Positions 53,501-60,874 of a stretch of 64,000 bases of DNA are shown in pieces. Under the pieces are notes generated by a model, which was given only the letters and a program-made list of their open reading frames with translations, was not told the DNA's origin and did not search any database. Each line of letters begins with the position of its first letter. Position 1 is the first letter of the stretch. Source of the DNA: an uncultured Planctomycetia bacterium (lineage in GTDB: Bacteria; Omnitrophota; Gorgyraeia; 2-02-FULL-51-18; JAGOUK01); assembly GCA_964430735.1 (NCBI GenBank), contig CAYSFB010000002.1:222027-286026 (forward strand), written 5' to 3'. Made by a program: the position numbers and the translations under genes.

Positions 53501-55572
53501 GCTTCCGTTCGGGCTGTCGCGTTGGTGAGCGTCGCGGAAATAGCGGCGCTCGACACCAGGACCGCCGACGACATCGTCGCCGCAGCCGGCCGCGCAATGG
53601 CGGCGTCATAAACAAAAAGATTGATCTTCCCGTTCTCGATCCGGAGCTCGGCCGCATAGTCGCGGCCGGCCGAGAGCGCCTGGTTGAACGTGGTCGTCGT
53701 ATTCGTGATCTTGCCGGTCGACGTATTTTTGGACGCCTTCACCAACGTCCAGCGGCCCGAAACCCAGGTGAACGTGTAAGTATTTTGCGTGGTGCCGGAA
53801 GCCGGCTGGACAGCGGTCAGCACGATCTTGTTGGTTGAGCTCGCAGTGTCGAACTTCAAAGTCGTCTTATGAACCGGGTTGCCCGCAAGCTGTGCGGAAG
53901 TTTTTTCCGTGATCTGGACGGTCTTGGCGACGGTTCCGGCGGACGGCGTGAACGACAGGACCGACGCGTTCGTCGCGGTCATATCGAATCGGGGGTTCCA
54001 GTTCTTGGTCGTGATCCGCGCCTGCGGGACGGAAGGGCGGACTTTGCCCTGTTCATACACATAGATGCCGATGCCGGCCGCTTCCCAGCGGATCTCTCCG
54101 GTGTAGGTCTTGGTCCCGTCGAGCGTCAATCCCAGACTCTTGGCTGCAGCGGTTCCGTATTTCCAGGTCGAACCGGAACCGGGAACCAGATCCAGCGCGA
54201 TATTCGCCGCGGCCGTGTTGGCCGCGTTCACCTGCACCCGCCGTCCGGCCGCATTGTCACCGAAACGGATATTAAAAACAGCCGACGGATTGCTGCTGTA
54301 ACCGATCGCGGCCGACGTGGTGTAAGTCGCCACGTCCTGCAACGTCGTCACGGTCTCGCGACGGATCGCCGTCACCTGACCCGCAGTCGTCGCGTAATCG
54401 TACAACGCCGTCACGCCCTGAGCCGAAACGCTCTGGGCCGGATATCCCTTGTAAGTCCCGGCCGTGTGATAGGTCCAGACCGTTCCGTCCGCAGCCGTGC
54501 TCCGCAACGGGTCGCCTGCCAACGAGTACTCCGTAGTCCGCCCCTGAGAAGCCGCGGTGATCCGGTCCGCCGCATAGGTATAAACGGTCTGAATCCCCTG
54601 CGCGTCGGTCGAGCGGATCAATTGAGACGAAAGATAAACGAACACACGGCCGTCGGCAAACCGGACCTCCGCATCGGCAATCGCGCCGGACTGCCAACGG
54701 ATCGCGCGGATCTCCGTTCCGCCGGCAAGACGCACAGCCGTCACGCCCCCTTGAGCGTCCAGCGTCCAACGGTTCCCCGCCGCGTCCGTCACCGACTCCA
54801 GCCGCACCCGGACGCCGGCGCCTTCCGGCGAAGCCGCGTACTGATAGATTTTTCCACTCTCTTCAATGCGGTCCAGACGGCCGGCCGTATAAACGACCTT
54901 TTTCCCCGACGCATATGCCGTTTCGATCAAACGGTTCTGCGCGTCGTATTTGGAAACGCTGTCCGAGGATGCGGCGGTCGTTTGAGTCACGGCTCCAGAC
55001 GCATCGAGCAGGTAGGTGTACACGATCTCTTTGCCGGAAGGCAGGATCGCTTTTTCTGCGCGGCCGGCGGAATTATAAAAGATCTGCGTTCCGTCCGGCA
55101 GACTCGCTGCGATCGCAGCTCCGCCCTGGATCACCTGAATCGTGCCGTCGTTCAGCCGCAGGTTTGCATCGACGATCTTCCCGTCGGCGTCAAATTGCAG
55201 ACCGGTGAGAATGGTTCCATCCGCGCGCGTGATGCCGGTGATCGCGCCATCCTGCAGCGTGAGCAGATCTCCGGCGGATGTCTTGAGCGTCATTTCGGGG
55301 GCGGGGGCGGCCTGGGAGGCGGTCTGGCTATTTTGGGCTTCGAGATCCTGAAGGGCGGTCTGGGAATCGATCACCGCTTCGTTCTGCGATATAAGGGTTT
55401 GCTGCTGTTCGGAAGACGGAGACGGAGCTCCGGCTTGCAACTCGAGGAATTTTTTGGCGTCGTCGAGCAACTTTTGACGGGGATCCAGCGCCCACACCAC
55501 GTCCATCCAGAATACGGACAGCGCCACCGTAAGTGCGATCGCCTTGAACCGAACCGAGAATCGCTTTTTCAT
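44563..55572 (-). CDS. Giant secreted RHS/YD-repeat (teneurin-like) protein, 3669 aa, with an ILEI/PANDER-like domain, a long coiled coil, a Cys-less peptidase-C39-like domain, a glycine-zipper hydrophobic region and a C-terminal domain I cannot assign
   Basis: Signal peptide MKKRFSVRFKAIALTVALSVFWMDVVWA. Dozens of YD repeats (TYEYDADGRV, RYEYGKIREV, VYRYDKTGRLLRITD, TYIPGTDRIDAVYD...). ILEI-like segment DWFDPYIVGPQDAERMADFIEGVPAGDIVALAVADEGSKNLTERAMKAIESLGSAKIRGIGYRDSFAMIGRKG. C39-like segment RPVLHVDGKHYVNLVKATQSEVTFLDNGEVKVLSKEEFLKIWQG, which lacks the catalytic Cys. Glycine-zipper segment IPAIIGAITSITAAIGGILAAIGGIIASIGAIIGNIIISLGQILGGVIQGIG. Confidence 0.75.
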   Translation of the reverse strand: MKKRFSVRFKAIALTVALSVFWMDVVWALDPRQKLLDDAKKFLELQAGAPSPSSEQQQTLISQNEAVIDSQTALQDLEAQNSQTASQAAPAPEMTLKTSAGDLLTLQDGAITGITRADGTILTGLQFDADGKIVDANLRLNDGTIQVIQGGAAIAASLPDGTQIFYNSAGRAEKAILPSGKEIVYTYLLDASGAVTQTTAASSDSVSKYDAQNRLIETAYASGKKVVYTAGRLDRIEESGKIYQYAASPEGAGVRVRLESVTDAAGNRWTLDAQGGVTAVRLAGGTEIRAIRWQSGAIADAEVRFADGRVFVYLSSQLIRSTDAQGIQTVYTYAADRITAASQGRTTEYSLAGDPLRSTAADGTVWTYHTAGTYKGYPAQSVSAQGVTALYDYATTAGQVTAIRRETVTTLQDVATYTTSAAIGYSSNPSAVFNIRFGDNAAGRRVQVNAANTAAANIALDLVPGSGSTWKYGTAAAKSLGLTLDGTKTYTGEIRWEAAGIGIYVYEQGKVRPSVPQARITTKNWNPRFDMTATNASVLSFTPSAGTVAKTVQITEKTSAQLAGNPVHKTTLKFDTASSTNKIVLTAVQPASGTTQNTYTFTWVSGRWTLVKASKNTSTGKITNTTTTFNQALSAGRDYAAELRIENGKINLFVYDAAIARPAAATMSSAVLVSSAAISATLTNATARTEASRNVASVDPKTLTAPVLASDAAARTALASAASSAALLSGVSLPELLSADYDADGQILRTVLRDGSISEFEDGLLKRSTGQSGTTDFLFEESAYGNLAGMTMKRAGLETAYDAQGGIRSVTTGAGTAEAQTVFYQDQKVVRVEKADGTRIENIVFGGASGTEIRNASVRLPDGSVRRYQDGQPVEERKPDGTVTSFDLGKPIQTRMSDGRKYDYHPIAAAANGSGGYEMVLTQYRTASGDMVELDAATGQPFRITRENGDMLTELGFDASGDLDDYRLLARDAQGVSWELRFENKVLTEASSASGEKTFFENGRLVRSIDAGGTVTLLTYETAPDGSILKTHAAQGLEKRTFDAQSRLVCYEAEGITAAYGENGLESVSNGSISYFYPVLDAEGRLRSGQILTEDGTLHTLTEGRLERTLRPDGTEVRFDVSGTVSSITENGKLTTFEFARDASGLVTRAAAFNYGFARVDFVDWINGRANPGYWPVKGQGGWNLLTRYNSQSGVRLADGTGKAVYLNQPKDDTASKIIISSTMINAAADRTGVRFEFDNFQDLKVKKGGYIYVKLRVENAPLLSTVRIHPTFGSSATELDALAREVQVTGGPMTVLIPVDRDVTTPIFSMAIDFIPPQKAADTWTIKVEQAGFFELDTAQAKAHQSELFLTPQDAANVLGQPSLSRLPGGSGWPARALAFNRVSAPGSADIRMTVNTAGEAVSSVRADGSAYAYANGRSSRVMSADGTETEYVYDADGRVKETATRPAGGARTITRYEYGKIREVASETGAALYRYSYEFEGDREITVIEDAKTHEVKRYDAGRLLTSADAEGLLTTYGYTAEHGDRIAHSAVTWKGRQLSKFTYSYEGNETRITDEAGLAKIYDPSGKLIFIETAEGLRYKKSDLAGDAGAVFEEHALYSAKTADGMTLFYKDDTVQKILLKDGTSIDVAADAGRYQNVLLKEGLVDEVTHDDGSRAKYLRDAAGRVTFIDVTRGVEVYRYDKTGRLLRITDAARGVTTDFGFREDAQGNITHTRSVHSERVPVAGLGLPSDVRVASYGYLDGWNASITVNGEDLIPFDIEKTSTQNRSLTRGWALVHLDASGKVVKKDWFDPYIVGPQDAERMADFIEGVPAGDIVALAVADEGSKNLTERAMKAIESLGSAKIRGIGYRDSFAMIGRKGGMSGSAIEDLKRVGEGAVILSNVKSDIRYYDAAGRSIAYDDFADAPGAGWRSAYQFEEEPELEVFASADGGAAGWKKNFSPAHPDSGFVYLWGGANDPNYYNDPSRLADYAALASHAEESERYVYFDPEYYGGTGGGFALMMKQILTAKGFKVLSAQDLKEFFTTRGEGTAVMMLQSAMPETVYDPSSPLSISTRNIPREYMERGGTIVASHDLPFYYVARKNGEKTVIGEPGVRKMLGVIPTSRLTVMKRYEYEQALTARFDVAPGQAPSGVRALTEDSADELAFFDALARKADVQVEAQSRLTVGYDLTVVNGSSHRIAIQFDADGTVRADSGSGWFATGMRYEAGKPYTVEFFAKGDFTEVYVYPQGAARPDRMTVRLNHPKSLEGVFFAEAAAGRSALLGTSGFELRAEKASTALTLTKTHAAASGAAPLDRSKLVYDTDLNFRQVNWQAVKSQVGSALKAETPIVSTYDAAGRMVSLARADKTVLTYIPGTDRIDAVYDLKGYTLTQYVYDASDALVEIRNEGQRRALDEALFDAKIQAERQKFEALTDQALEAALITSDFMAQVDLQQADLNNQRNHYQNLLNELEGQKAKGSAGKKQKSATLDAYRDVIRKIDEAKAAIEEERSRQLAALSAALDQKKLQIESDFDRAFAHLDAEFAKSQVSIRTEEKKAVTIHVYREILGRDPSASELAAAQTQAAAPSALRTSLTQSSERTSRASRKAAITQSIFGRLDALLDASQRQAVLTSLGLTSAEAVSLTASEVAKLKAFLESQSLHFAESAIDPLIELLKSRGQTFTESDRTELASRMILVDILTGQIHPFLKPGEEMLVSLFAMSRTAALYGAPASGFKLTYEDLRVFSLNNDSARPVLHVDGKHYVNLVKATQSEVTFLDNGEVKVLSKEEFLKIWQGTSLLPDAHAPPALANQKISVRESKEIKGAFFFLIPAIIGAITSITAAIGGILAAIGGIIASIGAIIGNIIISLGQILGGVIQGIGTLAKAAFTGLKFAGTHLFGGGLTSLFAPATQGGFFGLSLNSLTAGSLFKSAITVGLNYGLQRGLDALGVNPGISSVLTGFLTGGFLGGISPTGFSSSLFLQAGLRGAVQAGAKTLLSASGMDSSLTDILSVTAGALAGGAWQGKIGEIFTTIRPFLAQELTAYGINKLGSSIGLDPRITSIVGSVAGGVFGGIFDPAGLIRGTIASVEDGLRTIATKLVQISLDKVGETAGLDPFESALGSELFLGAVSGLVKNGSGDQRNVFARVFDGLKDSVTQFTIRFAETFQGLSGIRLFTDLVLKTQGGLAEVLEQHATTILRQQLMERILETYDSIKSYINYQLTDPATRVEIGGRNYRKVSINPDSAANEYILVDLATDKIVELSGPNRLLSGVMTLDPDGQVRLWEGEAVYLDPDGTRRTYQVSNGIIVHILMQHPPQVPGGAAQEVRFTPGSDLAWSSDGSIVSESPQDELDWDIESNDIHIKITDGDITKQNTLFRAVAPEEVIIEQADIKASDLDGLRLEWEKLGDRIKLNLSASNEIAAAKLAVVNQKIKDAGLSASESYERIFNQIWNRYGARTESEIKQHKNDHVQKALALAAQGKVAVIHVVGADATGLVIRQGSTIPGRDAVGYNHSAMLFAASDGKPYIIEVQNTGRQVNQSMGVDLQTDLVVMPFDDWHGKYLDIEVQELPIDIESARTIQSHLSKAYIDESTMHPNTILNYDYPGALVSADPSKPIIGQSYWWAYLLSERTKAFGDPALRKFCSEVVTDIIRDSLQVDLSAYAEDGLLSPVDLKHAIDKWIESTERS

Positions 55573-55827
55573 CCTGCCCCCAATCTTCCGGCCGCTGAAT
55601 CACAAGATGCGGCGCAGAGTGAGTCAAGGTTTACCGGCAGAAGTGAAGAGATTCAAGGGGGCGATTTTTCAAAAGTATTAGAAAGAGCTTGTTAAATCGG
55701 TTCAGGTCAATTTTTGAAGAAAAGCTTAGAAAGGTGCTTGTGCGGAGATGGCGGGATGCTATCGCTGCTTAATCGGGCTTGATTAAGCTAAGAGAAATCA
55801 CGAATTACTCGGTGAGATATTAAAAGT

Positions 55828-56241
55828 TTATTCCCAATCCACTCGCCGGCGGAGGGATTTTTTCTCACCGGTGTGGTGCTTGGAATCGAGCATCTTGTCC
55901 TTGGCGCGGCGGGAACGGCGGCGCTTTTGGCGGCGGATCTTGGACGCTTCCTGCTCGCGGCGGCTGCGCTCGCCCAGGATCTGGGATTCGATTTTGTCGA
56001 CGAGAATTCGGCGGGCGATGAAGCGGTTCATCTCGCGCGAGCGCTCCTGCTGGCATTTGACCGACAGGCCGGTTGGACGATGGACGAGCTGGACGCACGT
56101 CTCGACTTTGTTGACGTTCTGTCCGCCCTTACCGCCGGACCGGGTGAAGCTTTCTTCGAAGTCAGCGGGGCGCAGGCCCAACCGGGCCATCCGCGCTTCG
56201 AGTTCCGCGATCTTCGATGGAGAGATGAGGTAGTGGGACAT
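55828..56241 (-). CDS. arfB: Alternative ribosome-rescue factor ArfB (peptidyl-tRNA hydrolase, YaeJ-like)
   Basis: 137 aa. GGQ motif ([14 protein letters not shown]) and a basic C-terminal tail ([14 protein letters not shown]). Confidence 0.8.
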   Translation of the reverse strand: MSHYLISPSKIAELEARMARLGLRPADFEESFTRSGGKGGQNVNKVETCVQLVHRPTGLSVKCQQERSREMNRFIARRILVDKIESQILGERSRREQEASKIRRQKRRRSRRAKDKMLDSKHHTGEKKSLRRRVDWE

Positions 56242-56242
56242 T

Positions 56243-57076
56243 TTATTTTTTCACCGCGCAGGCCTGGAAGGCGGCGTAGAAGAACATGGCTGCGGGGTTC
56301 TTGGCCAGGGCCGACAGGTGCCGGCGCATCACGTCGACCTCGTCCGCGTCGACCTTCCCCTGCCGGCACAGCGTCTCCGCCGGTCCGCAAAAAAGATCGT
56401 GCCAGATCCGCATGAAGCGGCGGCGGGTCGCCGGACTTTTCATCCGGCGGTCCATCATCGGGCCCACGGACTCGAACGCCTCCATCTCGAACCCGGCCTC
56501 GGTCAGCAACGCCGGAAGTTTGACGCCGACGTCCGGGTCGCCTCCGAGCGTGCGTTGCTGCTCATTGAACGCGGCCCAATACTTCTCGACCACGGGGCTG
56601 TGCGGATACAGGTAGACGCCCGAATTGAATACTTCCGTCGCGTACAACCGCCCGCCCTTCTTCAGCACCCGGCGCGCCTCGCGCAGGACTTCCGGCGCGT
56701 TCGGCAGATGCTCGAGCACAAAACAGATGAAGACCGCGTCGAAGGACTCGTCCTTGAACGGCAGCGCGGCCGCGTCGGCCTTTTGCAAAATGCAGCGGCC
56801 GGTGCGCACGGCGACGCGCAACAGCCGCTCGGCGGCGGCCAGCTGCTCGGACGATGCATCGACGCCGGTCACGACGGACTTGGGCCACTTCTTCAACAGG
56901 ATCGCCGTCTGGGCTCCGACGCCGCAGCCGAGGTCCAGCACGCGCGCGCATCCGGCGAGATCTATTTTTTTAAAAATGTTGGGTTCGAGCATCCGGGCCT
57001 GCTCGAGAAGACGCGACTGCTCGGTCGCCGAAAAACCGTGAATGTACCGGGGGTTTTGGGGCTTATTGGGCCGCAC
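56243..57076 (-). CDS. Class I SAM-dependent methyltransferase
   Basis: Motif [13 protein letters not shown], and an acidic post-I residue (GVDAS). Confidence 0.75.
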   Translation of the reverse strand: MRPNKPQNPRYIHGFSATEQSRLLEQARMLEPNIFKKIDLAGCARVLDLGCGVGAQTAILLKKWPKSVVTGVDASSEQLAAAERLLRVAVRTGRCILQKADAAALPFKDESFDAVFICFVLEHLPNAPEVLREARRVLKKGGRLYATEVFNSGVYLYPHSPVVEKYWAAFNEQQRTLGGDPDVGVKLPALLTEAGFEMEAFESVGPMMDRRMKSPATRRRFMRIWHDLFCGPAETLCRQGKVDADEVDVMRRHLSALAKNPAAMFFYAAFQACAVKK

Positions 57077-58202
57077 CGGCTGCGGGCCCGTCTTGCGTGA
57101 GCGGCGCGTTGACCGCCTCGCTCATCAGGTTCCACTGCCAGCGCTGAAAAAGCGATTCCGGGCGGACCGACGGGTCCTCGTCCGAAACGATCGCTTCGAG
57201 CACCGCGTTGGTGCAGATGAGCGACGCGTCCATCTTGAGTTCTTCGGAAAGGCGCTTGCGCGCGTCCTTGAGCTTCTGCAAACGCGTTTCCTGTTCGTTG
57301 GTCCAGCGGCGAAAAACACCTTTTTTCTTGGCGCGCTGAAGCGTCGCCGGATCGGTCGCGAACGCGCGGGCGACGGCTTCCTGCAGGGAGACGGGCTTGC
57401 GTTCGCGCACGCCCATCGGCAGAACGCCGCATTCCCAGAGCGGCTGGTCCGGGTGCTGGTCGATCCACAGGGCGATCGGAATGATCTGCTCGGTCGAGAG
57501 GACCTTGAAGCGCGGGCGGTCGCGGCGCTTGGCTTCTTCTTCGCGCCAGTGCCAGATTTCTTTGACGAGCGCGAGCGCGCGGCCGCGCACGTCCTTGGAG
57601 CCCTTGATGCGCCAGAGTTCGTCCGGGTCGCTTTCGCGCGTGCGCGAAGTCTGGGCGACCATCGCTTCGCACATCTCCTGATACCAGGACATGCGGCCGA
57701 GCTCTTCGAGTTGGGCGGTCAGGATTTCTTTGATCTTGAGCAGGTAGCGCGTGTCGTTGACCGCGTAATCGAGCATCGACTGCGTGAGGGGGCGCTTGGA
57801 CCAGTCGGCCTTCTGATTGGCCTTGGAAAGCACGACTCCGAAGTGCTGCTCGACGAGCGCGGCCAGGCTCGGACGCGGATAACCCGCGAACTGGGCGGCG
57901 AGCATTGTGTCGAACACGCGGCCCGGCTCGAATCCGCCGAATTTGCGCAGCATCCGGATGTCGAAGTCCGCACCGTGGCACAGGATTTCGCGCTGGCTGA
58001 GCATCTGCGTGAGCGGCGTGAGGTCGATCCCGGTCAAGGGATCGATCACGAAGTTCTGCTCGGGCGAGCTGATCTGGATGAGGCAGAGCTTTTCGAAGTA
58101 GTGGTGCAAGCTGTCCGCTTCCGTGTCGATGGGGATCGACGGGAAGCGGGTCAGATGCGCGACCGCCGCGTTCAATTCTTCAGCGGTCGCGACGAATTGC
58201 AT
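57063..58202 (-). CDS. rnd: Ribonuclease D (3'-5' exonuclease with an HRDC domain)
   Basis: DEDDy exonuclease motifs (IPIDTEADSL, HGADFDIRML, YAVNDTRYLL) and a C-terminal HRDC-like region. ATG at 58202 overlaps the upstream stop as TAATG. The track's longer ORF starts at a GTG at 58214. Confidence 0.8.
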   Translation of the reverse strand: MQFVATAEELNAAVAHLTRFPSIPIDTEADSLHHYFEKLCLIQISSPEQNFVIDPLTGIDLTPLTQMLSQREILCHGADFDIRMLRKFGGFEPGRVFDTMLAAQFAGYPRPSLAALVEQHFGVVLSKANQKADWSKRPLTQSMLDYAVNDTRYLLKIKEILTAQLEELGRMSWYQEMCEAMVAQTSRTRESDPDELWRIKGSKDVRGRALALVKEIWHWREEEAKRRDRPRFKVLSTEQIIPIALWIDQHPDQPLWECGVLPMGVRERKPVSLQEAVARAFATDPATLQRAKKKGVFRRWTNEQETRLQKLKDARKRLSEELKMDASLICTNAVLEAIVSDEDPSVRPESLFQRWQWNLMSEAVNAPLTQDGPAAGAAQ

Positions 58203-59953
58203 TAGAACGGCCACCAGAAGGGTTTTTTCTTCTGGGGAGCGGCGTTCGGTGCGGGCTTCTGCGCGGGACGCGGACCGGACGACGGGCCACCGCGGTGTTC
58301 GCCGCGCTGCTGACCCTGTTGACCGCCGCGGCCGTGGCCGGACGGACCCTGGCCTTGACCCTGACCGCCGGAACGCGGACCGTCGTGGCGCCGGGGCTGG
58401 CCGCCGCGGTAATCGTTGCGGGGACCTCTCGGACCGCGCGGAGCGCTGTTCGGGTCGCGCGGCCCGTTGAATTCACGGGGCGCGGCCTGCTCGCGCGGAG
58501 CGGGGGCGGAAGACGGCTGACCGCCGGCCGGCGCGGCCGGTTGCTGATCGCGGGGGCCGTCATGCGGATCGCGCGGAGCGCCGCCGGAATGTTCACGGGG
58601 ACCCCGGTAATCGCGGCCGCCGCGGGACGGGCCGGATGAATGGGAGCGAGGGCCTTGGCCTTGCGGGCGCGGGCCGTCGTGACGCGAAGGACCGGAACCC
58701 TGGCCTTGACGCGGGCCCTGACCCTGGCCGCCCTGACGGGGACCGGAGCCCTGACCCTGGCGCGGACCGTCGTGACGCGAAGGACCGCCCTGGGGACGGC
58801 CGCCGCGGTACGAATCCTGGCGCGCCGGACGGGCGGCGACTTCGAATCCGGGGACCACCACACGCGGCACGTCTTTGCCGATGAGCGTTTCGATCGTGTG
58901 CACGCGTTCGGCGTCCTCGTGCGTGATGAAGCTGAGCGCTTCGCCCGACTCCCCTGCGCGCGCGGTGCGGCCGATGCGGTGAACGTAGCTGTCGGGGTCG
59001 GGAGGCATGTCGAAGTTGATGACGTGCGTGATGCCGTCGACGTCGATGCCGCGCGAAGCGACATCGGTCGCGACGAGGACTTTGACCTTGCCGGAGCGGA
59101 AGTCGAGCAGAACCTTGTCGCGCTCGGCCTGTTCGCGGTCGCCGTGGATGACGCCGACCGGAAAGCCGCGCTCCTGGAGCGCGCGGTACAGACGGTCCGC
59201 GCCGATCTTCGTGGAAACGAAGATGATCGACGAGCTCATGTCCTTCTGTTTCATGAGTTCAAGCAGCAGCTTGAGCTTGTCGGCCGAATCCACCGGGTAG
59301 AACACCTGATTGATCGTCGATGGGGGCTTGGCGATGTCGATCTTGATGTGGACGGGCTCGTGCATCACGGTCTTGGCGAGCTCCATGATCGGCTGGGGCA
59401 TCGTCGCCGAGAAGAGCAGCATCTGCTTCTTTTCGGGGAGCTTGGCCAGGATCGCCTGAATGTCGGGCCAGAATCCCATGTCGAGCATGCGGTCGGCTTC
59501 GTCGAGCACGACGGCCGTGATCTCGTCAAAACGCCAGCTGCCGTACTTATGATGATCGAGAAGGCGCCCGGGGGTCGCGACGATGATCGCGGTGCCGTCC
59601 TTGAGCGCCTGTTCCTGCAATTCCATGCGGACGCCGCCGTAGACGCAGGCGGACTTCAGGTGCGTGTGATAGCCGAATCCGAGCGCCTGCTCGTCGATCT
59701 GGCTGGCCAGTTCGCGCGTCGGCGCGAGCACGAGGACGCGGGTCTTGCCTTCCGGAAGGTCGATGATGCGGTGCATCAGGGGCAGAATAAAGGCGGCGGT
59801 TTTGCCGCTGCCGGTCTGCGCGTTGGCGATGACGTCCTTGCCTTCCATGGCCGGGGGGATCGACTGCTGCTGGATCGGAGTCGGGATCTCGTAACGCATG
59901 TCACGGATGCCCTTCATGATGTCGGGGTGAAAATTAAATTCTTCGAATGTCAT
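58202..59953 (-). CDS. DEAD-box ATP-dependent RNA helicase (RhlE/DeaD-like) with a ~200-aa Gly/Arg/Gln/Pro-rich repetitive C-terminal tail
   Basis: Q-motif; AQTGSGKTAAF; DEAD (VLDEADRML); SAT; HRIGRTARAG. The tail has repeats PRQGQGSGP and SRHDGPR, and ends ...KKKPFWWPF. Confidence 0.85.
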   Translation of the reverse strand: MTFEEFNFHPDIMKGIRDMRYEIPTPIQQQSIPPAMEGKDVIANAQTGSGKTAAFILPLMHRIIDLPEGKTRVLVLAPTRELASQIDEQALGFGYHTHLKSACVYGGVRMELQEQALKDGTAIIVATPGRLLDHHKYGSWRFDEITAVVLDEADRMLDMGFWPDIQAILAKLPEKKQMLLFSATMPQPIMELAKTVMHEPVHIKIDIAKPPSTINQVFYPVDSADKLKLLLELMKQKDMSSSIIFVSTKIGADRLYRALQERGFPVGVIHGDREQAERDKVLLDFRSGKVKVLVATDVASRGIDVDGITHVINFDMPPDPDSYVHRIGRTARAGESGEALSFITHEDAERVHTIETLIGKDVPRVVVPGFEVAARPARQDSYRGGRPQGGPSRHDGPRQGQGSGPRQGGQGQGPRQGQGSGPSRHDGPRPQGQGPRSHSSGPSRGGRDYRGPREHSGGAPRDPHDGPRDQQPAAPAGGQPSSAPAPREQAAPREFNGPRDPNSAPRGPRGPRNDYRGGQPRRHDGPRSGGQGQGQGPSGHGRGGQQGQQRGEHRGGPSSGPRPAQKPAPNAAPQKKKPFWWPF

Positions 59954-59992
59954 GTTCTGTTTACTTCTTTGCTTCGCTTCTAGCGAGTTATT

Positions 59993-60436
59993 TTATGATT
60001 GGGACTGAGTAGCAGGTGATGCCGCTTGGCTGGCGGCGATGGAACGTTCCTTGAGGTCTGTAAAGTACAGACCTGCGATGATCGTAAGCAGATAAACCGT
60101 GTTGTCGGCGGCGACGGAGTACTTGCGGGCCACGCTGATTCCGAAAATCAGCACGATCATCTGGATCGAACTGACGATCCAGGCGGTCTTGAGACGGAAG
60201 CCGCTTAAGAGCCACAGGGCCAGAAGCGCTTCGACGAACGGGATCGTGGACGCCGCGAACTCGACCACGGGCAGCGGGAGCCACGATCCGGCAAACACCT
60301 CGCGGAAGATCTTCACGATCTCGTCCATGCCGCCGGCGAACTTGTTGATGGACGCGACGCCGAAGACGACGCCCATGTTCACGCGGAGGAGGAGACAGAT
60401 CCAGCGGAGGGTTTGATTCTTGTTGAATTCTGACAA
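59993..60436 (-). CDS. DoxX-family integral membrane protein
   Basis: 147 aa with four predicted TM helices, the DoxX-like layout. Confidence 0.55.
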   Translation of the reverse strand: MSEFNKNQTLRWICLLLRVNMGVVFGVASINKFAGGMDEIVKIFREVFAGSWLPLPVVEFAASTIPFVEALLALWLLSGFRLKTAWIVSSIQMIVLIFGISVARKYSVAADNTVYLLTIIAGLYFTDLKERSIAASQAASPATQSQS

Positions 60437-60438
60437 GG

Positions 60439-60639
60439 TCAGGCTTTTTTCTTGTTCACAAAGACAAGGTCGCCCTTGTCGTTCTGGCGGATGTCGAGCT
60501 CACCCTTGGCCAGCATTTTTTTGTGAATTTGGCAGAGCAGCACCGGGAACATTTCGTCCCTCACGGGAGTGACGTTGGTCACGGTCTCGATTTCTACTTT
60601 TTCCTTGGTGCCGCAGACATCGCAGGTCTTGTCGAGCAT
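60439..60639 (-). CDS. Small CxxC-containing protein (66 aa), zinc-ribbon-like, unknown function
   Basis: MLDKTCDVCGTKEK...VLLCQIHKK. Its start lies 5 nt after the stop of the upstream small ORF. Confidence 0.4.
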   Translation of the reverse strand: MLDKTCDVCGTKEKVEIETVTNVTPVRDEMFPVLLCQIHKKMLAKGELDIRQNDKGDLVFVNKKKA

Positions 60640-60643
60640 CGGT

Positions 60644-60817
60644 CTAGAGGGTCTTGAGAGCCTCGCGAAGCGCCATGGCGTCGAGCTTGGCCACTTTTTC
60701 CTTCGACCAGCCGGCTTTGACGAGGCGCTGCATCTGAGCCTTCATGCGCTGACGGCGCAGGCCGGGCGACTTGAGAGGGCGGGCTTTAAACTTGGTACCG
60801 TATTTGATGTTTCCCAT
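60644..60817 (-). CDS. Unannotated small basic protein (57 aa; below the ORF-track length cutoff)
   Basis: Minus-strand ORF MGNIKYGTKFKARPLKSPGLRRQRMKAQMQRLVKAGWSKEKVAKLDAMALREALKTL. AAGGAA RBS 8 nt upstream. Tightly coupled to 60439..60639. Confidence 0.4.
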   Translation of the reverse strand: MGNIKYGTKFKARPLKSPGLRRQRMKAQMQRLVKAGWSKEKVAKLDAMALREALKTL

Positions 60818-60874
60818 GAGTGTTCCTTGATTTTCCTTTAAGTTAAGGCCTTTATTCTAACAGACCGGCCGGGG

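Noticed and set aside
53869-55695. 608-aa and other long plus-strand ORFs (49081-50376, 50413-51522, 51538-53241)
   Set aside because: All are antisense to the giant RHS gene. They are Arg/Gly-rich low-complexity translations.
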